Assembly: GCA_964016885.1 (NCBI GenBank)
Contig: OZ024748.1
Coordinates: 33,480,001-33,544,000 of the forward strand
Direction: 5' to 3'
Length of the DNA: 64,000 bases
From: Eledone cirrhosa
Taxonomy: Eukaryota
Under the pieces are notes generated by a model. It did not search any database. It saw only the letters and a list, made by a program, of their open reading frames with translations, and was not told the DNA's origin. Made by a program: the position numbers and the translations under genes. Positions 13,123 through 25,679 of the stretch are shown here, piece by piece (the first letter of the stretch is position 1; every line of letters begins with the position of its first letter).

Positions 13123-15910
13123 ATATATTGATAAACGGAATAGAAAATGCTGACAAATTGTTCACAGTTGAAAAATGGTTTAATTAGGAATAAAAGAGTA
13201 TTAGTGATTGTATGGCTCAGTGGTATTTTCCTGTATTCCCGTATTTTAATTTGGGATCTATGGACAGTCATGCGTTGGCGGAGGCTGTTTTTGGTCTGGC
13301 CTATGTATTGTTCTCGACAACCTGAACAAGTTAATACATATATTAGGTTTTCCGATGCACATGTGAAATTGTGTTTTACTATAAAACGTTGTCCATCTTT
13401 GAAATAGAATTCCGAACCCTCTATTAGGTTGATGCAAATGCCACAGTTGGGTCTATCGCATTTTTTTTACTGTGGGTTTCGTTGTTGTGGTTGGCAGTAC
13501 TTTGGCATGTGTTAAGATGTTTTTCATTGACTTGGATTGTCTTTTGCTCTTTATGATATCGTGTGTTCGTAGAATTTGGTTCATTCTATGGTCCTTTTTC
13601 AATACAGGGATGTTCTGGAGGATGGTGTCAAAGGCCTCATTGTTGAGGGGGTTGTGTGTGGAGATGTATGGAAGAGCTTTTAGTTTTGGTTGATTTACTT
13701 TAGGGTGTCTAAGGTCCTGGGTACTGAGTTTTAGGGCACGTTGGATTCCATTGTCAATTAGTGATGCAGGGTAGTCCCTGCCTATGAGTGTGTCCTTTAG
13801 TTCTTGTAGCCGTAAGTAGCAGATGTTTTTATTGGAGACTATAGTACAGATTCTCTTGGCTAAGTTGTAGGGAATATTAATTTTAACGTGTCTAGAGTGG
13901 CAAGAGTTGAAGGGGAGATATTGCTTGGAGTCTGTGGGCTTGTAGTATATGTCTGTTTCTATTTTTTTGTTATGGATCTTAATGAGGATGTCGAGGAAGG
14001 GGAGTTGTTGATGGCTGTATTCCATCGTGAAGTTAATATTTGTGTTGAGCCCATTTATAAGGGTGTGAAATTCTTTAAATTTTTCGATGTTTTCGTGCCA
14101 AAGGATGAAGCAGTCATCTAGATATCGCTTCCAGTTCCTTTCAATGTGTAAGTGGAGGGTGTTTCCAAATTTGTTTAGGACTTTAGTGTAGAGGGTGATT
14201 TCCAGGTATCCCATGACTAGGTTGGCATAAGTGGGGGATGTTTTCGTTCCCATAGCAGTCCCAGATTTCTGCCTGTAGGGTTTGTTATTGAAAACGAAGT
14301 AATTGTTCTCCAAGATAAATTTGAGTCCCTCTATCACGAATTCTTTTTTGATGCGTTGTGGGAGTTCATTGTGGAAATTATCCAGCCAGAATTGGATAGC
14401 TTCTATTCCTAGGTTGTGGGGGATGTTGGAGTATAGGTTGACTACATCGAACGTCACTAGTAGGGTTTGTTCAGGAAGTGGCATATTAAGGAGGTGATTG
14501 AGCATATCTAGGTCGTCCCTTATATAGCTTTTGATGTGCTCGAGGAAGGGTTTGAGAAGGGTATCAATGAAGTTGCTAAAACGGTGCGTTTCGCAAGCGG
14601 GGCCTGCTATTATAGGTCTTAACTTGAGATCATTGGGTGAGAGGACATTGATGACTATGTCTGTGGCTTCCTTGCATGCCTTACTTATTGATTCGCTTTT
14701 ATGTACTTTAGGGATACCGTAGAAAAGGCTGGATTTACTTGTGAAGTCTGTGATGAAGCTGAATTCCTTGTTAGTGAGTCCTTCTTTGTATTGGTTGATT
14801 AGAGTTTTTAGGTTTCTCATAATTTTCTGTTGATTGTAGTGTTCAGCCTTTTCGTAGTATGTTTCGTTTTCCAAAGTGGAGAGCGCTAAGTTGATATAGA
14901 ATTCTGTCTTCATTAGGACTACTGTACTCCCTTTATCAGCCTCTTTAATTGTAATGGTTCTGTCGGTTTTTAATCTATTTAATTCTTCCCATTCTTTCTT
15001 GTTGAGGTTTGGCTTGTGTTTTTGTCTGTGCAAGTGTTGGTAAGGGAAGTTTGTGATGTGTTCACAGAATTCGTCCAGGATTTTATTTCTACCTTTTGAA
15101 GGGGTGTAATTGCTTCTATTTCTGGCTAATGATTCATCCTCATTGTACTGGTCGAATAGTTGTTCACTAAGTCGTAACTTTCTACAGAAGTCTGTGATGT
15201 CTTCCTTCATTTCATAGTAGTTAGGACGTAGTGGGGTCGGTGTGAATTTAAGACCTTCGGAGAGTAAGTTGATAAGGTTGGGTGTTGGTTCTGCACTAGT
15301 AAGATTGATAATTTTTATTACTATCGGTTTCTCCTCCCTGTCTTGTGTTATTTTGTTTGCCTGTATCTGTGTGCTGTGTCTAAAAAATGGTTGGGGTAGA
15401 GGGGTTGTCTGCTGATGTTAACACACATATTTGTTGTGAAAGAGTCATTTCTCAATCTTGGCGCAAAACCAATTTTTTATTCACATAACCTCTACCGACC
15501 AATCAAAATTGTTTTGACCACAAGAATTGTTGCTGGAGCCACTTTTTTAACATAAAAACAGTCTTGGCGCAAAATCAATTTTTTACACTCACATGACCTC
15601 TACCGACCAATCAAAATTGTTTTGACCACAAGAAATTTTGCAACACCAAAGTAACGCTGGAGCCACTTTTTTAACATAAAAACAGGTAGAATTCCCCAAA
15701 CTAATCAGATCAGAGCAAACAGCACGGACACTCTATCTCAACATTATTTTGAAAAGCATTTAGAAATGCGCAACCGGTAAAAACTTAAAAACTTAAAACC
15801 ACAACTGAATACTAACCCATACAATCACTAATACTCTTTTATTCCTAATTAAACCATTTTTCAACTGTGAACAATTTGTCAGCATTTTCTATTCCGTTTA
15901 CCAATATATA
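13123..15910 (-). mobile_element. Penelope-like retroelement (Neptune-type) with RT, truncated GIY-YIG and inverted terminal segment
   Basis: Frame open from about 15417 (INL..EGLKFTPTP). 585-aa ORF with ADKG, YGIPKVHK, LRPII, FDVVNLY, GTAMG, RYLDD, PFLD. Frameshift at an A8 run into C..CGIC..NLIYVLTCSGC.EQYIGQT..LRQRMTVH. 13123-13213 is the reverse complement of 15820-15910. Confidence 0.92.
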
Positions 15911-15971
15911 TATATATATATATATATATAATTGTTACACAAGAGATATAATTAGAGTAATTAAAATTATA

Positions 15972-17310
15972 ATTGTTTCTATATTTGGCACAAGGCCAGC
16001 AATTACTCAGTGTATTACTGGTACTTTATTTTATCGACCCCGTAAGGATGAAAGGCAAAGTTAAGTTCGGCGGGATTTGTACTCAGAAAGGCAAGGGCCG
16101 TAACTCTATGCATCAAAGCATGGCGTCCGGCCCTGTAACGATACTGCTAATCCACCGCAATGAAGACAGCAGGTACTTGGAGTCGTTGGGAATGTTTCAA
16201 CTCTCTTACCGGTGTCTTACGTTAAAAGTCCCTGATATAATTTAATACATTCAGACAAAGTTCCAATCATATATAATTGACTGTAAATCAGAAAGTATCA
16301 CTCAGGAAAATATCAATTATATATCAATAATTGTTTCTACTTTTGGCACAAGGCCAGCAATTATCCCATTGTATTACTAGTACTTTATTTTATCGACCCC
16401 GAAAGGATGAAAGGCAAAGTTAACCTCGGCGGGATTTGAACTTAGTGCGTAAAGGGATGTAACTGTGCTGCAAAGCATGGTGTCCGACCCTCTACCAATA
16501 CTGCCAATATATATCAATAATAAAACTTCTACGTAGTCTCTCTAACTGCTAGAAATAGCAGTGATATTATCCATTACAACTTATATCTTACAACATATAT
16601 AGTGTATTTTGCAATGGCAAACAGGTGGAGTACTTAGCTTTGATAAGTAGCAAATAGTATGAAACATAGCTCTGTCAGCTTTATCTCCCCTGTTTGCTGA
16701 AAATTTAAAGTAAGTGAGACTGTCACTACCCTAAAACAATAGCGTAAAGTCTTCAAAATGCTTTTAATTAAGCATACAGTGTATTGCAAAATACACTATA
16801 TATACATTCATATATATATCGCTATTTCAGAGCACCAATTCATATATATATATATACATTTAGGTTTGTTGGTTCACCACTGGATAGAACTGGTCATTCT
16901 GTATAGTCAACCTTGATGTAATATTAGGGAGAGCACTCGACGTAATCCTATATTTCAGGTTATTGTTATCATGACTGTCTTTATTATTTGGCAGTATCAG
17001 TGGAGAGTTGGACGCCATGTTTTCCAGCATAATTACGTCCCTTTACGGTCTAAGTTCAAATCCCGCCGAGGTTAACTTTGCCTTTCATCCTTACGGGGTC
17101 GATAAAATAAAGTACCAGTAATGCAGTGTGTAATTGCTGGCCTTATGCCAAAAGTAGAAACAATTATTTAAAATACCTCAGGCGATGGATTGGCAGTATT
17201 AGTAGAGAGTCGGACGCCATGCTTTGAAGCATAGAGTTACCTCCCTTTATGATCTGAGTTGAAATCTCGCCGAGATTAACTTTGCTCTTCATCCTTACGG
17301 GGTTGATGAG
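15972..17310. mobile_element. Cluster of four Nin/Deu-domain-like tRNA SINEs (15972-16158 -, 16328-16507 -, 16988-17166 +, 17181-17310 +)
   Basis: B-box gagttcaaatcc followed by gcctttcatccttacggggtcgataaaataaagtaccag, with a 3' end gtagaaacaattatt. Confidence 0.75.
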
Positions 17311-17708
17311 CCCGGTAAGAGAGTTGAATCATTCTCAACGACACCGAGAGAGACGAAAAGAGAGGGAGAGAGAGCTGGTGGTGTTGTGTATATATATATA
17401 TATATGTGAGTGTGTGTGTATATATATGTATATGTTTGTTTCTATGACCAGTATATATATATATCACAGGCACCCACATATATATATATACACACATACA
17501 AATATATATGTATATACACACACACATTTATATATATATACACACATACACATTTATATATATATATACACACATACACATATATATATATATATACACA
17601 CATACACATATATATATATATATATATGGGGCTTCCAGTTTCACATTATATACATGTCTGTATAAAATTATTTTAAGGTGAACGTTACCCAACGGGTCAC
17701 AGGTGGTC

Positions 17709-17746
<38 letters not shown>

Positions 17747-18715
17747 TATATAAGTTCAAGCATGTTCTACAACGTGAGGTGTTCAGGATTGCTAGGCAAT
17801 GTGTCAAGGAAAACTGTGATATTGTCGGGGAGAAGTGTATCCTTAATGATGATGGTGTACTTGCCATCACTGACGCTGATAAGAAGGTAGCTTGGAAGTG
17901 TCACTACGAAAGGCTACTAAATGAGGAGAATAATTGGGAGAAAGACAGTCTCCTTCACATCGACCCAATAGAGGGACCAGCAGTGTTAGTCGAAGGTAGT
18001 ATTATAAGTAAGGCGATCAAAGACATGAAGACGGGCAAGGCGGCTGGGTCTTCGGAAATAGTTGCTGAAATGCTGAAAGCATCTGGAACGGTGGGACACA
18101 CTATGGTCAGCCGGATAGTAAACCAAGTCACACAGAATGGGGTCGTTCCGAAGGACTGGCGCAGCAGCATCATCATTAATTGCTACAAGGGTAAAGGAGA
18201 TGCTCTAGATAGGGGAAACTATAGAGGCATTAAATTAATTGACCAGGTCATGAAGGTCACAGAAAAAGTAATAGTGCAACTAATCAGAGAGCGAATTGAT
18301 CTAGACGAAATGCAGTTCGGGTTTGTGTCAGGTAAAAGTACAACAGGCGCTCTTTTCATTGTACGACAACTACAGGAGAAGTACCTAGCTAAAAGTAAAC
18401 CCCTATACTTAGCTTTTGTTGACTTGGAGAAAGCCTTTGACAGAGTACCCCGCTCGATTATCTGGTAGGCCCTTAGAAAACTAGGTGTTGATGAATGGCT
18501 TGTGAGAGCTATAGAAGCCATGTATAAAGAAACAGTCAGCAAGGTTAGAATTAACAACGAATATAGTAAAGAGTTTAGCGTAAAAGTTGGTGTTCATCAG
18601 GGCTCAGTCCTTAGCCCCCTATTATTTATTATTGCCCTTCAGGCTATAACAGAGGAGTTCAAGACCGGCTGCCCATGGGAACTTCTATACACAGATGATC
18701 TAATGCTCATGAATC

Positions 18716-20740
18716 TGTAGCGGTTGTCTCCCTTGTTTTGATTGGGATCTAGACGGGAAGTGGAACCCTTTCTGCAACTTCCGGTCAGAGCCCTATAAAA
18801 CTAACAACGTTAAGCTTCCTTCCTCTCTCTTTGCCTTTTCGGCACCAGGTCGAAGAGCCTCTCATTTGGCTCTGCCATTAATTTGGCCAACAGGCGCCTG
18901 GCCTTAGCCAGGCGCCCTCTGCCAGCCGCGTTTGCCTGGCAATCAAAACGGTAACTACTAACTTTGTTTCATTCTAACATATATCTTTGACATGTCAAGT
19001 ATTCTATTCTACCGTTAATTAAATAATATATACACAAACATTGTCTCGTTTTGTTACATTCATACAACCAGTATTATCGCTATATTGGTAACCCTGACGT
19101 GATACGAACACGCAGCCGTTCATCGCTATAAGTGGTCACCCCCAAAAAAAGAAAAAAATAGCACATCTGGTTTTGTGAGTAACATTACGAATACACAGCA
19201 AATTTAGCGACAAACTATGAAAATACTCAAGGACACGCACACACGCACATGTGGAATTCGCACAGACATACTTTTTCTCTCACGCATCAATTAACTGTCG
19301 CATTTCACCAATATATATATATATGTTTCTCGTTTCTTACAACGAACACTTTCAAAACAAAAGAAAACATTTCACGATATATATATATATATGTTTCTCG
19401 TTTCTTACAACGAACTCTTTCAAAACACAAAAAAAAAAAAAAAAGTTCTAGTTTTTTGTTTTTTTCCTTAGTTCACACCTATAATTATGCTGATTGAAGC
19501 CTTTCTTTTTCATCATTGTCACTTTCAAAATTGCACTATCATTTTCTCGCGCGTTAGAAATATTTTTTTTTCAAAATTGTATTGGCACGTGTAGGCAGCA
19601 TAAATTCTCGATTCACTGAGATGTCTTTACTCACAGACAGCCGCACGCCATTTATCACCAGGGATTCTTCAGCCTTAAGCTATATTCTTCTATTTGCCGG
19701 TTTATAAATTTACAATGTAAATTTACCGTTGATAACCGCGCATTTATTAAGAATGCTTATTTCTCTGGTCGCTGGCCTCTTGACCCTTCCAGGTCAACGC
19801 ATTCTCAACATCGACCATCAACTTCGGCTGCTATTTCTAGCACTTTGCGCAACTCATTTTTTCTAAAAAAAAAATTTTTTTACTGTGAATTTAAACACCG
19901 AATACGCTCACTCAGCGAGACAACAGCAGCAGCAACAGCAATATAACAGCAACAGCAATACATCAATACAGCTTCACCAAAGCCAGAGAATTCATTTTTG
20001 CAGCACTCTTCCTGTGAGAAAATCCATTCGGAGGTTGGAAATTTCACGATATACCACAGAACAGAAACCACCTGCATTCATTCTCTGGAACACACTTTCT
20101 TTCCTGCTGTCATGTGATTGCACACCTGTGAACTATATTTTGAGCTTTGAGCTCTTCTATTACTTTTACTTTATTACATTGTGTCTTTGGGTGATGGATA
20201 GATGGATGTCCAGTCGTTCTCTGGCCAAGAGCGGTTGGTTACCTTGATATCTATCATTGATTTTTCCAGACATTCTTTTGTCGTAATTTCCATGCCTGTT
20301 ACAACATTCTCGCCAACTTGCTACATATTTTCATTTCGATTTTTATACACTAAAATTCTGGCGGGAGGTTATGTAGCGGTTGTCTCCCTTGTTTTGATTG
20401 GGATCTAGACGGGAAGTGGAACCCTTTCTGCAACTTCCGGTCAGAGCCCTATAAAACTAACAACGTTAAGCTTCCTTCCTCTCTCTTTGCCTTTTCGGCA
20501 CCAGGTCGAAGAGCCTCTCATTTGGCTCTGCCATTAATTTGGCCAACAGGCGCCTGGCCTTAGCCAGGCGCCCTCTGCCAGCCGCGTTTGCCTGGCAATC
20601 AAAACGGTAACTACTAACTTTGTTTCATTCTAACATATATCTTTGACATGTCAAGTATTCTATTCTACCGTTAATTAAATAATATATACACAAACATTGT
20701 CTCGTTTTGTTACATTCATACAACCAGTATTATCGCTATA
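18716..20740 (+). mobile_element. Non-autonomous LTR retrotransposon (TRIM/LARD-like)
   Basis: 369-bp LTRs at 18716-19084 and 20372-20740, identical by eye. TSD AATC, tRNA-Trp-type PBS at 19086, purine-rich tract ggcgggagg before the 3' LTR, no gag/pol ORF. Confidence 0.93.
18794..18800 (+). promoter_or_regulatory. TATA box in LTR U3 (second copy at 20450-20456)
   Basis: TATAAAA 78 bp into the LTR. Confidence 0.5.
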
Positions 20741-21994
20741 AATCAATGGCTGAACTAGAGAAGAAATTCCAAACATGGAAACATGGCCTAGAACCAAAAA
20801 GCCTCAAAATTAAACTGTCTAACACGAAAGTTCTAGTTTGTAGGAAGGAAAATAGGGCACTGGTCCCATCTGGGAAATGGCCATGCTCAGTGTGTAGGAA
20901 AGGAGTAGGCAGAAACTCCATTTTATGTCCCAAATGCAAAGTATGGGTGCATAAAAGATGTAGTGGGATCACAGGTAAGCTAACTAAGAATATAGATTTT
21001 ATATGTGGCCGGAGCTCAGGTGCAATAAGTAGCGGCAAGTGCCCACAGAATACTAGCTCATTCCATCGCACAGATGGTTCTATAAAAATAGAGGACACCT
21101 TCCGTTACCTGGGTGACAAAATCAGCAGTGGTGGAGGGTGCTCTGAAAGTACAGTAGCTAGAGTCAGAACGGGATGGAAAAAGTTCAGAGAGCTTATACC
21201 ACTATTGGTCGCTAAAGGTTTCTCTCTAAAAATGAAAGGCAGGTTGAATGATGCCTGCATATGAACAGCAATGTTACATGGCAGTGAGACTTGGGCATTG
21301 TGTGCAGAGGATATACGCAGACTGGAGAGGAACGAAGCTTGCATGCTCCGTTGGATGTGTAATAGTCATATACGTGAACGGCAAAGCATAAATGAACTAA
21401 GTGAGAAATTAGGAATAAGAGGAATCAGATGTTGTTTACTCGAGAGAAGACTACGTTGGTATGGTCACGTGATGCGCATGAAAGACGACAGCTGTATAAA
21501 AAAGTACAGGGCGATAAAAATAGAAGGTAGCCACGGAGTAGGCAGACCCAGAAAAACCTGGGACGACTTGATAAATTCCGACCTCACACACTTACACCTC
21601 TCCAAGACAATGTCACTGGACCGATATCTTTGGCGCTACACAGTAATACAGAAGACCTGCCTTGCCTAAGTAGAAAGCGAAACCTACAGTCAGTAGGCAC
21701 CTCTAACAAAAATACACCCCCGCCCCACAATCATCCAGTCCGAAATAAATGAGGTCATGTAGGTGTCACGACAAAAAAACACACAGTCCACGCTGTAATG
21801 TGGCTGTGTAGGTAACACGGTAAAAACCTCCCAGTCCACACTGTAAACGTGGTTGGTGTTAGGAAGGGCATCCAGCCATAGAAAACCTGCCAGACAGTCC
21901 TATACGAGCAAGACAACCAATCTTGCCTCAAGTGGGAAAACTCCCGTCCAAACCCATGCAAGCGTGGAAGATGGACGTTAAACGATGATGATGA

Positions 21995-22050
<56 letters not shown>

Positions 22051-22559
22051 TCATTGTATGTCTGCTTTTCCCTGCTTACAAGGGTGGGATGGGAACTGAT
22101 TCTGGCTTGATTTCTACAGCTGGATGCCCTTCCTAACACCAACCTTACTTACAGTGAGTGCTGGGTGCTTTTTTTCCGTGACACCTCCACGACCACTTTG
22201 CAGTGGAGTGATAGGGACCCCAGTCCTATCATCTCATTTCTACAGCTGAGTAAACTGGAGCAATGTAAAATAAAGTGTCTTGCTCAAGGAAACAACACAT
22301 CACCCGGTCTGAGAATTGAACTCACAACCTTTCGATTGCAAGGCCAATGCTCTAACCATTAAGCCATGTGCCTCCATATATATATATTTATATCAAGCAA
22401 GAATTTGTTGGTGATTCCTCTCTCTCTGTCTTCCACAGAATCTCTGTATTGGACAACAAGACTCAGTACAGTGTCTCCTTCATATGTTGGACTACCTCAA
22501 CACGAACGATCCTCTCACAGGTAAGTATATATATCCATCAAAGCTGGAGGTGAATCAGT

Positions 22560-22702
22560 TATCAAAGTACTTCAACATCTTTTAAACTGTTTTAACACTA
22601 CAGGAAAAAAGTCCAGACATGTTCAAGAAAGCATTGATAGTTGTACTCTACAAAATGGTAGCAGACTTGATTGTGGGAAGTATTGTCCTATCAGCCTATT
22701 AA
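22560..22702 (+). pseudogene. Old LINE RT fragment
   Basis: Degenerate FKKALIVVLYK.GSRLDCGKYCPISLL motif. Confidence 0.55.
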
Positions 22703-23805
22703 TCCTTAATGTTCAAACCGGCCAAAACTGGCCAGAATTCTCTACTTCTTTCTGTTGAAACTGGCTGTAACTGGTCACTCAAACTGATGTTATGGTATTG
22801 TTCTCAAAATAAATACTTTCAAAATCTCATAGTTTGATATTATGTAAATAAAGCCTTTACTGTGAAAATACAATAGTATATATAGAGTACTGTAAATGTT
22901 ATGTGAGATATTAGTTAAGATAAAGCCTTTACCATGAAAAGATAATAGTATATTTCCTGCTTGCAAGTGTGGGATGGGAACTGATTCTGGCTTGATTTCC
23001 CTGCAGCAGTTGTCATGTCTGCACTAATTATAGACAAAACACAACCACCAATCAATAATAGACTAGAACTCAACATCCAATTTATAACTTGATGGAGCTT
23101 CTAGCCCCATATTTACCCCCCCCCACACACACACACGCACGCACGCACACCCACATGCTTACACCTCCACTTATTCTCTCACACATACACACACAAAGAC
23201 CAGTTCTAACACGAGATAACATCTATACCCCACATTTACGTATAGACATATCTTCTCACTCTCACACACACACACTCACATACTTACACCTTCATGCATT
23301 CTCCCACACACTTAAACAGGCATGTACAAAAAAAAAAAAAAAAACCTTTTAAAGGGAGACTACTCTTTATCCACCTTTGACATTAGAGATAGAACAGATA
23401 CTCTATACCATTTCCTGTCAGCATGACTTGGCAAGCTATTTAGAACACTGGTTTAACCGCTTTACTTCCCACCGAAGAAGAGATATCTCAAAAATTAAGG
23501 ACATTTAAATAAATCTAAGGTAAAAGACTAATTATCAACAATATCTTTTGCATTTGCATTCTTTATTCTATGTCCATACCTGCATTGTTTTGGCTTTATT
23601 ATACATATACAAATGTTTATACCATATACATATATATACATATATATAAACAATATATAGAGAGAAACACAGATACATGCGGACACATACATATACATGA
23701 ATATATCCACACATATCCCTGTGTTAGTGGTGCCAACCTCAACCGATGTTGCTCTCTAATGTTTCTTCTCTCTTCATAATATACATATATATATACACAT
23801 ATATA

Positions 23806-23836
<31 letters not shown>

Positions 23837-23863
23837 TTATGTATATATATATATATATTTATG

Positions 23864-23958
<95 letters not shown>

Positions 23959-25679
23959 TTATGTATTTTTGCTTATTATTCCTTCTATTTAGGTTTTCAC
24001 TCGCTTTACTCTCATTATGTACTTATCATTGTACTCATTAGCACACAACACTAGAATATTACTCTCTGTATCCTTAAATCTCCCCCTACCCAACAAAGAA
24101 CCACACTTCTTATAAGCCGGACTAACTGGGGACTTAAATATAGTCTATTTGCGCATTTAATCGGGTTTTACCACTTTCAACCTCACATCACGGGTGTGAA
24201 TATATAATAATCGTTTGGTTACACGCGATGATCTGACTGATGTGGCAGCTTTTCCCGGCTGCGCGCCTGGCGCTCTGGTGCATAAGCCTTCCTTGAATGC
24301 TTGGAAAAATAAATTTCCCCTTCTTTCGGTAAATGAAATTACTCGGAGCGGCTTGCTTCGCCCCGGGTCCCGTCGGTTTTGATCGCCATATAGTACCTTT
24401 AAATTCTAGGCTTAATCATAACTATTAGCTGTATCATGCCTCCCTCTTCTGGCATGTAAATAAATCCCCCTCCTGTGTGAATTAATAGTATTCGTTTGGT
24501 ATAGAGATGGCCTAACAACAATGGCAGACTTCCCGCTAGCACACCCGAAGCCTAAGACAGTCACATTCCTAGAGTACTCTGAAAAATTAATTTCCATCTC
24601 TTTCGCTAGACGATATCACTCGGAACGGCTGGCCGGAGTCTGCAGTCGTCGCGTGTTATTGACTGCTAAACAAGGGCTTAATCTTTACTCTATATCCCAC
24701 CCTGAAAACTTATCAAAGAATCTCTATAATACACTTAAAATTTTTTATATAAGACTCTCTCTGTAAATTCTTTAACTAAATCTCACAACCCAAACCTTAA
24801 ACTTTTTTTTACCTTTTAATTCTTTAATTTCATCCTATAACTCTAAACATAAGTTTAACGTTCCACTTTTCTATTCACAAATGATATGCCTCTGTTAAGA
24901 TATAAGTCCTGTGGAAAAACATTTTTCGCAGCAATTTCTAGCCTGATTGTAGCATGACCTTAACACTGACTTTTGTTCTTTCTTTCTTTCTTTCTTTTTT
25001 TTTCTCTTTGACGGGGAGGTAGTAGTACATTATAAGCTTTCGCCCCCTCACCAGATGGTCATAAGTAGACCGAATAACCAACACCTAAGGGCGACCGACT
25101 AAAGTAGAAGATGCTAGATGGTCGTTCGTCCTCTTGTTTATGATTTTCAGCCCCATGGATTGTATTTGTTATATTTCTTTGTTATATTTCGAATACCTAA
25201 TGATAAAATTGGATTCATACGGAACCCGGTCATTGAAATGATCATAGTATAATAAACCTTTCAAGGATTTACACAAGTCCAGCCTCCTGTTATTTTATTA
25301 TATATATATATAATCATTCATCATCATTTCATTTTACGTCCACTTTTTCCCTGCTTGCAAGGGTGGGACGGGAACTGATTCTGGCTTGATTTCTACAGCT
25401 GGATGCCCTTCCTAACACCAACCTCATTTACAGTGTGGGCTGGGTGCTTCTTTTGCCGTGGCACCTCCACGACCACTTTGCAGTGGAATGATATGGACCC
25501 CAGTCCCGATCATCTCATTTCTACAGCTGAGTAAACTGGAACAATGTGAAATAAAGTGTCTTGCTCAAGGAAACAACACATCACCCGGTCTGAGAATTGA
25601 ACTCACAACCTTTTGATTGCAAGGCCAATGCTCTAACCACTAAGCCATGTATACATACATATCATATATACATATCATC

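Larger units (their letters stand above)
17753..21997 (+). mobile_element. 5'-truncated RTE LINE split by an LTR element
   Basis: RT ORFs 17779-18715 resume at 20741 (SMAELEKKFQTW..WPCSVC..WVHKRC..MLRWMC); 3' UTR ends in (GAT)n. Confidence 0.92.

Noticed and set aside
19885-20247. Poly-Q ORF inside the LTR element as a possible gag
   Set aside because: Short, non-ATG start, driven by a CAG/CAA repeat, and no CCHC knuckle or capsid-like features.
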